From the NCBI GenBank assembly GCA_024275415.1, contig JAJRZD010000091.1, positions 87,470 through 119,469 of the forward strand: a stretch of DNA of 32,000 bases. The letters run 5' to 3'. Positions within the stretch are counted from its first letter, which is position 1. Each line of letters begins with the position of its first letter. Source of the DNA: an archaeon (GTDB taxonomy: Archaea > Asgardarchaeota > Thorarchaeia > Thorarchaeales > Thorarchaeaceae). The position numbers and the translations under genes were made by a program. Shown one piece after another: positions 8,637 through 17,076 of this stretch. Under the pieces are notes generated by a model, which was not told the DNA's origin, made no database searches, and saw only the letters and a list, made by a program, of their open reading frames with translations.

Positions 8637-8862
8637 TTCAGAAAGACCCTCACATCGAGCATGAAAGGTTTGTGATGGTTCGTTAATTGAATAGGGGATT
8701 TAAGATTTGCCGGTCTGGAATGCCTTCAAAAAAAGAAAGATACGTTCATAGGAACGAGTTCGTGATCTGGCCCTATACTATTTCTGCTCCTATGGTGTTT
8801 ATGACTGGCTGCACAAATAGTTTCGTCCAATTCCTCAAGTTACTCCGAACTACGTTTATGCC

Positions 8863-10113
8863 TCATGGCGATTCAGGCATTAGTAGCCATTTCCATAGTG
8901 GAATATATCTTATTGAACTCCCGTTTTTCTTGTTTAATCCTTCATAATCCCATGTTATTATCTGCAAATCATTACAATCAAGTTCCTGAGAAGCTCTAAT
9001 GAGCGAACGTTCTTCTCTATTACGTGTCTTCTGGTCACTTATATCATAACTCACCTGTATGAGTTGTTCAAAGCCCCTTTGCCCTCGAACTAGAAAATCA
9101 ACTTCGTGTCCAGATTGCGATTGCCAGTAGAAAATCTCTCCACCATTTAGCAAGACCTGTTTATAGAGATTGATGGCAACAATTGATTCAACGCGACGTG
9201 TGATTGATTGCGATAATGGTGAGTATGGCTGAAATAGTCCAACATCGGTAGGATACACCTTTTTTGGCATCTGGGTGATTCCTCTGGGTGATTTTGAAAA
9301 CCGTGGAATTGTGAAGACCAGGAATGCTTCCTCAAAGTAGCCAAGCCACTCTGAAAGAGACCTCTTGCTCTTTCTTACTCCGATGCTCTTGAAGAATTTC
9401 TCTGCCTTCGATAACGAAAGTGCATTACCAAGATTTCTAATGATGAGGTTTCTGAATATTCGTGCTCCTTCTATATCACGTATTCCAAAACGCTCCACAA
9501 CGTCTCTAAAGAATATCGTGTCGAGATAGATACTCAAGAGTTCCATCTTTTCTGAAGACTGATTGACACGAGGAAATCCTCCCCACTCAAGATATCTATT
9601 TAGAAGCGCCTTTGCTTTGTTCCTGCGCCCTCCTTCATAATCAAAAAATTCTTTGAAGCTGAGAGGAAATACGATGCGCGTTATGCTTCTCCCTCTTAAC
9701 TCGGATGCAATCTCCTGAGCCAATAGCCTAGAACTTGAACCACTCACAAAAATATGAAACTTTCCCATATTATGGAGTCCCCTCAGCCATGATGACCAAT
9801 CATCAATGGACTGCACCTCATCAAGAAAAAGGACTCCTTTGTCAGGAATGAGTTCTTCAAGCAAATCTACGAGTTCTGTATATGTTACATTGCTCAACGG
9901 ATCCTCAAAGTCGATATAGACCATATTCTTTTTTCCAAACCTTTCTGCAAGAGTGTCAGCAATCTGATACATGAAATATGTCTTTCCCGCTCTCCTAGGG
10001 CCAATGATTGTGGTAATCTCTTTGGTGATTGCGAATGGAATCAACCTCTCAATAATCTTGAATTCTGTCTCTCTCCACTCAAATATCTTCTTTCTTAACT
10101 CCTGTTTACCCAT
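8863..10113 (-). CDS. AAA_14 + DUF4143 ATPase (COG1373-like)
   Basis: Walker A GPRRAGKT, Walker B LFLDEVQ, VSGSS, YLEWGGFP and C-terminal nuclease-like EVDFL...IQV. Visibly more AT-rich than its flanks. Confidence 0.88.
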   Translation of the reverse strand: MGKQELRKKIFEWRETEFKIIERLIPFAITKEITTIIGPRRAGKTYFMYQIADTLAERFGKKNMVYIDFEDPLSNVTYTELVDLLEELIPDKGVLFLDEVQSIDDWSSWLRGLHNMGKFHIFVSGSSSRLLAQEIASELRGRSITRIVFPLSFKEFFDYEGGRRNKAKALLNRYLEWGGFPRVNQSSEKMELLSIYLDTIFFRDVVERFGIRDIEGARIFRNLIIRNLGNALSLSKAEKFFKSIGVRKSKRSLSEWLGYFEEAFLVFTIPRFSKSPRGITQMPKKVYPTDVGLFQPYSPLSQSITRRVESIVAINLYKQVLLNGGEIFYWQSQSGHEVDFLVRGQRGFEQLIQVSYDISDQKTRNREERSLIRASQELDCNDLQIITWDYEGLNKKNGSSIRYIPLWKWLLMPESP

Positions 10114-10429
10114 GCCCGTATGGTAAACAAAAACAACATAAAAGTGTTTACAACTTCGCTGAGACCTGAGTGAATATCTCTGTCGCCATTTAATCCATGA
10201 CCATTCAAAACAAGTTCCACGAGTTGAAGCATTTTGTCATTCTTGTGGATTCTAAAGCCATGCTTCAGATAGACTCAGAATAACCTGAGATTTTTTTATG
10301 CTCTCGCAAAGGTTTCAATTACCAGTAATTCCCGATCAGACAGTAATTCATCTGCGATGAATTTCAGGTAATGATTGATGTTATCCATCTTTAAGAGTCA
10401 AAATACCATTACTATTACGTGGCGATATT

Positions 10430-10966
10430 ATGGTTTCTGAGCGAAACGAACCACGCCTCACATCAGAGCAGTGGAATTGTGATTCTCTGGTCTTGAGTAA
10501 AGAGCTCAGGTCGTTCGTCGAAGAGTTTGGTTCTTTCACACCTGATTGGTTTGTGGAGGTAAAATACCATCTTTTGAAAGGTGCAGGTTTCGATCGGACG
10601 ACCCGCGATGAACTGTGTTCTGTTTCCATTTACTCGCACACGTGTGACAAGTGTGACCATTTGTACATGTCAAAGAACTGTCTGTTGTGGTATCACCTTT
10701 TCAAGCTAATCACCTGGAAAACCGTCGGACGTGCCCCTCCTTGCATCAAGGCCGCCTACAGGAACAAGAGCATAAAGACTGTTGCTAACTTCCTGAAGCG
10801 TGCCAACCTTGTTTCTCCTCCCTACTACCTGTCCCGCGGTGTGCCTCTCTGTAGGAATATGCAAGACTGGGACTATTGCTCGCCTGATGAATACTGCAAG
10901 CAGATGAGGACTGGACGATTGCTTGCCTATAATGCGGTACGCGAACAGGTGAAGATCAATCGTTGA
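10430..10966 (+). CDS. Cys-rich protein resembling the primase large subunit (PriL) C-terminal Fe-S domain
   Basis: APPCIK...VANFLK...VPLCRNMQDWDYCSPDEYCKQMR..LLAY follows the PriL-CTD PPC...P-C-x8-C-x5-C...Y pattern. There is an extra N-terminal C-x8-C-x2-C-x8-C group. TATA-like CTTTAAG lies near 10389. Confidence 0.6.
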   Translation: MVSERNEPRLTSEQWNCDSLVLSKELRSFVEEFGSFTPDWFVEVKYHLLKGAGFDRTTRDELCSVSIYSHTCDKCDHLYMSKNCLLWYHLFKLITWKTVGRAPPCIKAAYRNKSIKTVANFLKRANLVSPPYYLSRGVPLCRNMQDWDYCSPDEYCKQMRTGRLLAYNAVREQVKINR

Positions 10967-11019
10967 TGGTATGACATCTTATATGTGGGGAAGCCTTTCT
11001 CTTGTCTGGTGACTAGTGG

Positions 11020-12528
11020 TTGTTAGCTGAACCTGATGTGGAAATCACGAATCTTATCCGTCTCACAGGCTTTCGTGAGCAATTCATTAGTGATGCAAGA
11101 ACCGAAGGGAGTGATGATTGGGAGGATATCTGCAGCATTGTGCGGGAACATCAACGAATTCTAGCGCTCGGTGAGAAGCACACACGGCAAAAGGCAATCC
11201 AAGATCCCGTTCATGGTGCGATACTTCTTGAGCCTTGGGAACTCGACATAATCTCTGCTTGGGAAATGCTTAGGCTTCGTTACATCAGACAGTTGGGCCC
11301 TGCTCATATTGTATATCCTGGGGCAACACATACTAGGTTTGAGCACTGCATCGGGACCAATTTCCTAGCCCAAAAATGCATCCGTGTCGTGAACTACTGT
11401 GAGGATCTTGAGAACCCGCAGTTTGTGCCACTGTCGCAACTCCTTGATGCATATCATGAACGGGTGTTCCGTGCTGCTGCCCTCCTTCATGATGTTGGGC
11501 ATCCCCCTACTTCGCATACCATTGAGTTCGCATTGGAGAATTGGGCGGGTCTCTCCCATACTGATCTAGGCATGTTCCTCATCTTGCACAGTGACATCGC
11601 AGACATTCTGGAACAGAATGACATCTCCCCCTCTTCTATCGTGGATGTCCTCAAGAGACGGTCTGACGACCCTATCATGCAGCTCCTTTCAGAGTTCCTT
11701 GACAGTCCGCTGGACATCGATAAGACAGACTACCTGATTCGTGACGCACATTTCAGTGGTGTCGAGCTTGGCATCTTCCCTGCAGAGAGGGTGCTGCTTA
11801 CTAATCGAGTCGTCAGGGATTCCGAAGGACAATATCATCGCGCTTTCATGCTAAAAGCCCTCCACTCCCTTGAAGCCCTCATCCTTAGTAGGGCCTGGAT
11901 GTTCTCCGATCTGTATTTGCACCATGCTGTTAGAGTAGCAGAAGCCATGACTTCCAAGGCGACCTATTTACGTCTGAAAGAGGATGCATTCTCAAAGAAC
12001 GAATGCATAGCGTTCTTCACCCGGATGACGGATGGTGATCTCTTCAGATGGCTGGAGCGTTCGGAAGTCCCTTTTGTCCGGGAATATGCGGCACGGATCC
12101 GCTACCGGCGTCTCTTCAAGGTCATCACAGCGAAACCACTTTCCTCGTTCACCGAAGATGCCCGCTACCGGCTTCTACGCTTCGTGGATGACGTTGGAGC
12201 CCTTATCGAGGCAGAGCTGGATCTCCTGGAAGAGCCCGGTCAAGTCTTAATCGATGTCGTCAACCCCGTCTTGGGAGAACATTTCTTGAGTCAGATACCA
12301 ATTCTCATCGGTGGCAGTAATGGCTTTGATCTGGTTCCGCTGAACGAAACTCCTGAAGGGAAACCTTTGATGGAAACGTTAGTGCAACAACAACGAACTA
12401 TCCCTGCGGTGCGAGTGTATTCGGACTTGAAACATGCAGACGTGGTACGAAAGAGATTCGACAAGATGTTCCATGCACAACACATCAAGGCTCACCGTGA
12501 TGATGACCCCGAGTTCATCGAGTACTAG
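11020..12528 (+). CDS. HD-domain phosphohydrolase, SAMHD1/COG1078-type dNTP triphosphohydrolase family
   Basis: DPVHG, RLRYIRQLG, YPGATHTRFEH, LLHDVGHPPTSH, DIDKTDYLIRD and LYLHH; about 55 aa of N-terminal extension; TTG start after GGTGA. Confidence 0.9.
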   Translation: MLAEPDVEITNLIRLTGFREQFISDARTEGSDDWEDICSIVREHQRILALGEKHTRQKAIQDPVHGAILLEPWELDIISAWEMLRLRYIRQLGPAHIVYPGATHTRFEHCIGTNFLAQKCIRVVNYCEDLENPQFVPLSQLLDAYHERVFRAAALLHDVGHPPTSHTIEFALENWAGLSHTDLGMFLILHSDIADILEQNDISPSSIVDVLKRRSDDPIMQLLSEFLDSPLDIDKTDYLIRDAHFSGVELGIFPAERVLLTNRVVRDSEGQYHRAFMLKALHSLEALILSRAWMFSDLYLHHAVRVAEAMTSKATYLRLKEDAFSKNECIAFFTRMTDGDLFRWLERSEVPFVREYAARIRYRRLFKVITAKPLSSFTEDARYRLLRFVDDVGALIEAELDLLEEPGQVLIDVVNPVLGEHFLSQIPILIGGSNGFDLVPLNETPEGKPLMETLVQQQRTIPAVRVYSDLKHADVVRKRFDKMFHAQHIKAHRDDDPEFIEY

Positions 12529-13208
12529 ACGAGGTGCACGACCAAGTCCAGCACCTTGCGAAACCCTATCTCGATATAAATCACACCAAAGAGTGCCTCG
12601 ACGAGTGTACCCTTGATGTGTTCCATCTCTGACTTTGTGGGTGTCGGAGGATCGAAATGAATCCGGTTCTCGTAAAGCCCCCACTCGTCACATTTCTTTG
12701 ATAGGTGTTCGTTACTCACTAATCCCGAGCGCCTTTCTGTGAGATATCCCACATCAGATGCACGTGGTTTCCATATATGGTGAAGGATAGCCATGTCTAT
12801 TGCAGCATCGCCCAGCAGTGCCAGCATTTTCGCTGTTTCACTCAATGAGATCATGTCAGGGAAATACTTGCATTCTTGAAGGATGGTTTCTTGGTCACAA
12901 TAGTGTGTTTCCAGTTCGAGAAACAGATTCTTTGTGCTTGGCTGGAACAACAGGACCGTGAACAGTCCTTTCTCGTTAAGGGCGAAGTCAAACAACTTTT
13001 CAAGCTTGGGTGCTAACACCTCTTCGGCGTAGACTACCCGTCGGATAATGTAGTTGAGCTCTTTTAGCCAGCGCTCCATCTTCCTGCGGGTCCGTGCATT
13101 TCTCTGCGGAATCTTTTTCAGGTCTTGTTCGACAAGATCCTTTATCTTTACCAGATTCTCTTTCAGATAGAGTCTATGCCAGTCCAGCACTGAGTCACCA
13201 AGCGTCAT
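12525..13208 (-). CDS. RNase III-family protein lacking a dsRBD (Mini-III-like catalytic pattern)
   Basis: LEKLFDFALNEKGLFTVLLFQPS resembles the RNase III N-helix; LALLGDAA, LVSNEHL and GTLVEALFGVIYIE follow. Strong SD GGGAGG. Confidence 0.8.
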   Translation of the reverse strand: MTLGDSVLDWHRLYLKENLVKIKDLVEQDLKKIPQRNARTRRKMERWLKELNYIIRRVVYAEEVLAPKLEKLFDFALNEKGLFTVLLFQPSTKNLFLELETHYCDQETILQECKYFPDMISLSETAKMLALLGDAAIDMAILHHIWKPRASDVGYLTERRSGLVSNEHLSKKCDEWGLYENRIHFDPPTPTKSEMEHIKGTLVEALFGVIYIEIGFRKVLDLVVHLV

Positions 13209-14025
13209 TTACATCCTCCCTTGGATAGTATTGGATAACTGTCGCTCGTTCATCCTCATAGTTGTCCACATGGATTGCTGTGAGCGAATACTCCCCTGCA
13301 AGCCTGACCATCGCAAGGGTTGTGAGTGGTGTACCTATCGAGAGGTCGAGAATGACGTTATGAGTCGGGATTACCTTAATCACCTCGTCACGCATGAACT
13401 CATATACCGCTTTGAGGTTCCCTTTCTGAATATCTTCGTGTGATGTTGTTATCTCTATTGGGATGTCAAACCATTCTGTTTCGATGTCCATTTTTCCACG
13501 CGAGTCCCCCGTCATGAACCTGTCCAGACTTCGAAGAGTCTGACGTTTCCATATCCGTTCCTCTGTGAACAGAAGGAGTCTGCGTGGTTTGAACCGTTTA
13601 CTTCTCCGTAACCAGATAGCGAAGGGCCTCTGGTCGTCAGGTTGTCTGATCGATGCCACATATGCGATGGGACGGGCAACCTCCATCAATCCCATCTCCC
13701 TGAGAGCTTTCCTTACAGGATGATACGCTTTTGTACACAGTTCAAAGACGCGCTCACGGGACTCCCTCCTGCTCTTGATAATCCCCATCTTCTCAAGATG
13801 GGATGTGTTATGATAGAGCTTTGGGTCAGTGACCACGACTTTTTTCTCTCTCGCAGTTCTTTTTCCTTTCTGCTCGATGAGCGCAGCTGCCATGTCTTTC
13901 CTGATGCTCTCACGGAGTTCTGTCCCTGTCTTAGGACCTCCTTCGAGCTGATCAAGGATGACCCTCCGTGCACGGACGCTCTCGATTTCACGTCTTATTA
14001 TCTCGTCCGCAGTCTGTCCTAACAT
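13195..14025 (-). CDS. Winged-HTH (N-terminal) plus CARF-like Rossmann domain (C-terminal) transcriptional regulator
   Basis: Residues 18-100 are PadR/ArsR-like (ILDQLEGGPKTGTEL...LYHNTSHLEKMGII). Residues 119-256 have CARF topology: IAYVAS, RRLLLFTE, EWFDIP, NVILDLSIGTPLTTLAMVRLA, AIHV. Overlaps the downstream gene by 14 nt. Confidence 0.65.
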   Translation of the reverse strand: MLGQTADEIIRREIESVRARRVILDQLEGGPKTGTELRESIRKDMAAALIEQKGKRTAREKKVVVTDPKLYHNTSHLEKMGIIKSRRESRERVFELCTKAYHPVRKALREMGLMEVARPIAYVASIRQPDDQRPFAIWLRRSKRFKPRRLLLFTEERIWKRQTLRSLDRFMTGDSRGKMDIETEWFDIPIEITTSHEDIQKGNLKAVYEFMRDEVIKVIPTHNVILDLSIGTPLTTLAMVRLAGEYSLTAIHVDNYEDERATVIQYYPREDVNDAW

Positions 14026-14053
14026 CTGCTATCACACTCCTTTCTCAAATATG

Positions 14054-14230
14054 ACATATATATGTTTTGTATTCATCTATTATATCAAAAGACATCGAAG
14101 TTTTCTGAGCTCATCCCTCATTGTCTAAAACTCATGAAAGTGCTGAAAACAGCCACAAATTACGTTTTCGACACATACAGACAAAACCACGCTTGTCCAA
14201 TAACATATACATATATATCATATTCATCTA
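14054..14230. repeat. Two copies of a bipartite motif ACATATATAT...TATTCATCTA (14054-14079 and 14209-14230)
   Basis: Both 10-mers recur exactly, with 6-nt and 2-nt spacers. Copy 1 contains the perfect palindrome ACATATATATGT (14054-14065). Confidence 0.7.
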
Positions 14231-14250
14231 ATAAAAAGAGCTAAATCCGG

Positions 14251-14264
14251 TAAAGGCTTAAATA
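14251..14264 (+). promoter_or_regulatory. Putative BRE/TATA (TAAAGG-CTTAAATA) for actin
   Basis: Canonical arrangement about 95 nt upstream of the actin ATG; SD GAGGA at 14348-14352. Confidence 0.55.
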
Positions 14265-14359
14265 GAAAATCGCCCCTCATATGTTAGCACAGAGTTTGGG
14301 AAGTCTTCTTTCCAGTGCAAACTCTCTGTCTTTTCAAATGAGAAAACGAGGACCGAAAA

Positions 14360-15496
14360 ATGGAAGATGAATATCTTGCTGCTAAGCCCATTGTCATTGA
14401 CAACGGCACTGGTCTTAGCAAAAATGGCTACGCGGGTGAAGACCAACCCCGCAGCGTCTGGCCGACTTTGATAGGATACCCACGATACGAGTCGATCATG
14501 ACGGACGTTGACCACTATACACGCGACTATTACATCGGCGAAGAAGCGATTAACCTTCGCGGTGTCCTACGACTTGTCTACCCCATCACACATGGTGTGG
14601 TCGAGGACTGGGATGCCATCGAGAAGATCTGGAGCTACACCTTCTACAACGACCTGAAGGTGGATCCAAGTGAGAACCCCGTGTTACTTACAGAGGCACC
14701 CTTCAACCCACGAGAGAACCGTGAACGCATGGCAAGCGTGATGTTCGACAACTTCGGTGTTCCTGCAGTCTATGTCGCAACTCAGGCTGTGCTCTCGCTG
14801 TATGCATCAGGTAGGACAACAGGTCTGGTCATTGACTCTGGTGATGGTGTCACACACATCGTCCCTGTGTACGAAGGATTCTCCATCAACCACGCGATTA
14901 GGAGGATCGATCTTGCAGGACGTGATGTCACCGAGTACTTGCGCAGACTACTCAGGCAAAGAGGCTACTCCTTCGTGAGCGGTGCTGAGAAAGAAATCGT
15001 CCGTGATGTCAAGGAGAAGCTCTGCTACGTTGCTCTTGACCCAGAACGAGAACGGACTGTCGCTGACAAGGCAGGTGTCGATAAGCCCTACATGCTCCCC
15101 GACGGCGAGGTCATCACTGTGGGCGCAGAACGCTTCCAGGCACCAGAACTGTTCTTCAACCCGAGCGCGATTGGTCTTGATACATTGCCTCTCGATGAAC
15201 ACATTGTCGAGTCCATCAAGGCTTGTGACGTTGACCTGCGACGTGACCTCTACGCCAACATCGTACTCTCAGGCGGCTCTACTATGTTCCCCGGACTCAA
15301 GGAACGACTCCACAAGGAGATTACCGAACTTGTCCCCGAGAACATCGAGGTTCGCATCATCGCTCCACCCGAGAGACAATACTCCGTCTGGATTGGCGGG
15401 AGCATACTTGCCTCGCTCAAAACTTTCCAGAAGATGTGGGTTTCCCGCAAGGAATTCGAGGAACAGGGCCCCGAAGTCATCCACCGTTGCATCTAG
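14360..15496 (+). CDS. Actin (Asgard actin of the eukaryote-like, Lokiactin type)
   Basis: [83 protein letters not shown] and C-terminal GPEVIHRCI. Strong C-ending codon bias. Confidence 0.98.
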   Translation: MEDEYLAAKPIVIDNGTGLSKNGYAGEDQPRSVWPTLIGYPRYESIMTDVDHYTRDYYIGEEAINLRGVLRLVYPITHGVVEDWDAIEKIWSYTFYNDLKVDPSENPVLLTEAPFNPRENRERMASVMFDNFGVPAVYVATQAVLSLYASGRTTGLVIDSGDGVTHIVPVYEGFSINHAIRRIDLAGRDVTEYLRRLLRQRGYSFVSGAEKEIVRDVKEKLCYVALDPERERTVADKAGVDKPYMLPDGEVITVGAERFQAPELFFNPSAIGLDTLPLDEHIVESIKACDVDLRRDLYANIVLSGGSTMFPGLKERLHKEITELVPENIEVRIIAPPERQYSVWIGGSILASLKTFQKMWVSRKEFEEQGPEVIHRCI

Positions 15497-15513
15497 GCGT
15501 ACTACTAGTACAG

Positions 15514-15550
15514 GAAGGAAAGACGCACCTCTTTCCTTCACGCTTTTTTT
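15514..15550 (+). terminator. Hairpin plus T-tract terminator after actin
   Basis: Perfect 10-bp stem GAAGGAAAGA/TCTTTCCTTC with loop CGCACC, followed by T7 at 15544-15550. Confidence 0.75.
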
Positions 15551-16043
15551 CCCCCTCCCGAATGTTAACAAAATTCTACCCGAGTCATAGACATTGGTGG
15601 GAAATGAGGGATTTCAGCATGTCGCATGTCCGCAGTAATGGCATCCCCTCGTCCAACCTGTTAAGACAATTTTATTATCGGTGGTTGAGCCAAGAAGCAG
15701 TCTAATTCAAAACAAATACAAAATTGCTATACGAAACGTTGCTGACAACGACAAGATATGACATGGTTCCGACAATGGGACTTCATGATACGAGGCCTTG
15801 TGTTTTGTTGTCAGAAGCCAACTGTAGCTTTCTCCATCTTGTGGAACCTATTGCCTTTCCATCGGGATACCTTAGCAAGTGATCCACCAGTATATCTAGG
15901 CATATATACTAGCTTCGGAGGAGTGATGGCACAGCCCTCCTTCATCTTTTTTCTTTTTGGTAGTTTCAATTGATTTCCAAATACCTTATTTTGCCAGAAT
16001 ACCTCCTGGACTCGTATCAGTGATTCCAAGATTACTGAGGTAG

Positions 16044-16517
16044 ATGCATGTGACGTACACTAAGAAGGAATTGAAGAAATACCTGAAAGGTCTGTTGAAG
16101 GAGAACGATAGACTTGCGAGCTTTTCATTCGAGTACAAATCTGGTCATACCGCATATCATACTCGACTCCGGATTATTCTGACCTCTGATAAAATCATAC
16201 ACTGGAAGATACCAAGGGGAACGCCAACCGATGTTTCTGAAGAGGACAAGGTCGTACGAAAACGAGAGATTAGTTTCTCTGTTGAAAAGATGTTCATATT
16301 CGTCCAAGAGATAGTGAAGAGAAAAATATGGGATCTGGAGAATTGCACGGAAAGAGCGCTCCCTGATGATGCCATGCTCACGTTCCTGATCAAAGATGGG
16401 CAAGAAACATTGTTTGAGCGGAATGTATGGGAGATTTGTAGGAATGACGATAAGCGGACAAAAGAACTGATCAGAGCCATCGCCGCCCACATTCCATCAG
16501 ATTGGACTCCCCCATAG
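16044..16517 (+). CDS. Hypothetical protein, 157 aa
   Basis: Clean ORF with SD TGAGGT and globular alpha/beta composition; no firm family. Confidence 0.7.
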   Translation: MHVTYTKKELKKYLKGLLKENDRLASFSFEYKSGHTAYHTRLRIILTSDKIIHWKIPRGTPTDVSEEDKVVRKREISFSVEKMFIFVQEIVKRKIWDLENCTERALPDDAMLTFLIKDGQETLFERNVWEICRNDDKRTKELIRAIAAHIPSDWTPP

Positions 16518-16638
16518 ACTGATCTTGAATAGGTGGAGGCAATTATCCTATCAGAATTGATTTTTCGCCAGTATGTCGAATGTTTCTATTTAGAGGGGCT
16601 GTCTGAGAGGCATTTTAGATACCTTTCATCGAGATTAA

Positions 16639-17076
16639 CATATTGATTACCAGTCCCATCACTCTGATCTTGATATATTCTTTACCCGCATTCGTGACAA
16701 AGGAATATCATTGATTTTTGTGTCTTCGTCCGGTATTGTGCTAGTTTCTCTAGAACAGATGCTTCTTGCATTGCTTGAGAATGCTTGCAAACACAACACC
16801 CGCGAGCACAAGATCATCTGGTTGCATGCAACAGACACTCATGACGCGTACTCTGTGGTGATTAGCGACAATGGCCCTGGCATCCCTGAGCAGGCCAAGC
16901 TGAACCATCTGAATATTGTGCAACGTAAGGGAGGTCTCGGTCTTCACCTATGTAGGCTGATTTCAGATAAATACGGTGCAACTATCAATCTCCTCAATAG
17001 AGTTGATGGGCATCCCGAACTGTGAACACGCGTTGAAATCTTATTCCCAAAGCCTTTACTTGCAAGGTTCTCATAA
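16639..17076 (+). pseudogene. Histidine-kinase HATPase_c remnant
   Basis: N-box LLENACKH, G1 DNGPGIP and G2 GGLGLHL are present. A TGA at 17023 stands where the G of GTRVEILFP is expected, and the frame continues to TAA 17076. No H-box and no credible start. Confidence 0.75.

Noticed and set aside
10274-10297. CTCAG/CTGAG 5-bp hairpin followed by T7
   Set aside because: The stem is weak and there is no plus-strand gene upstream for it to terminate.
14982-15590. 202-aa alternative-frame ORF and antisense ORFs over actin
   Set aside because: These are by-products of strong codon bias; the Ser/Arg-rich translations have no motifs.
15758-16029. Short overlapping ORFs (71 aa on +, 72 aa on -)
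   Set aside because: No SD or recognisable motif, and they are mutually overlapping; treated as non-coding or decayed DNA.
13195-16043. CRISPR array or cas genes near the CARF protein
   Set aside because: No regularly spaced 25-40 nt repeats and no Cas motifs were seen anywhere in the window.
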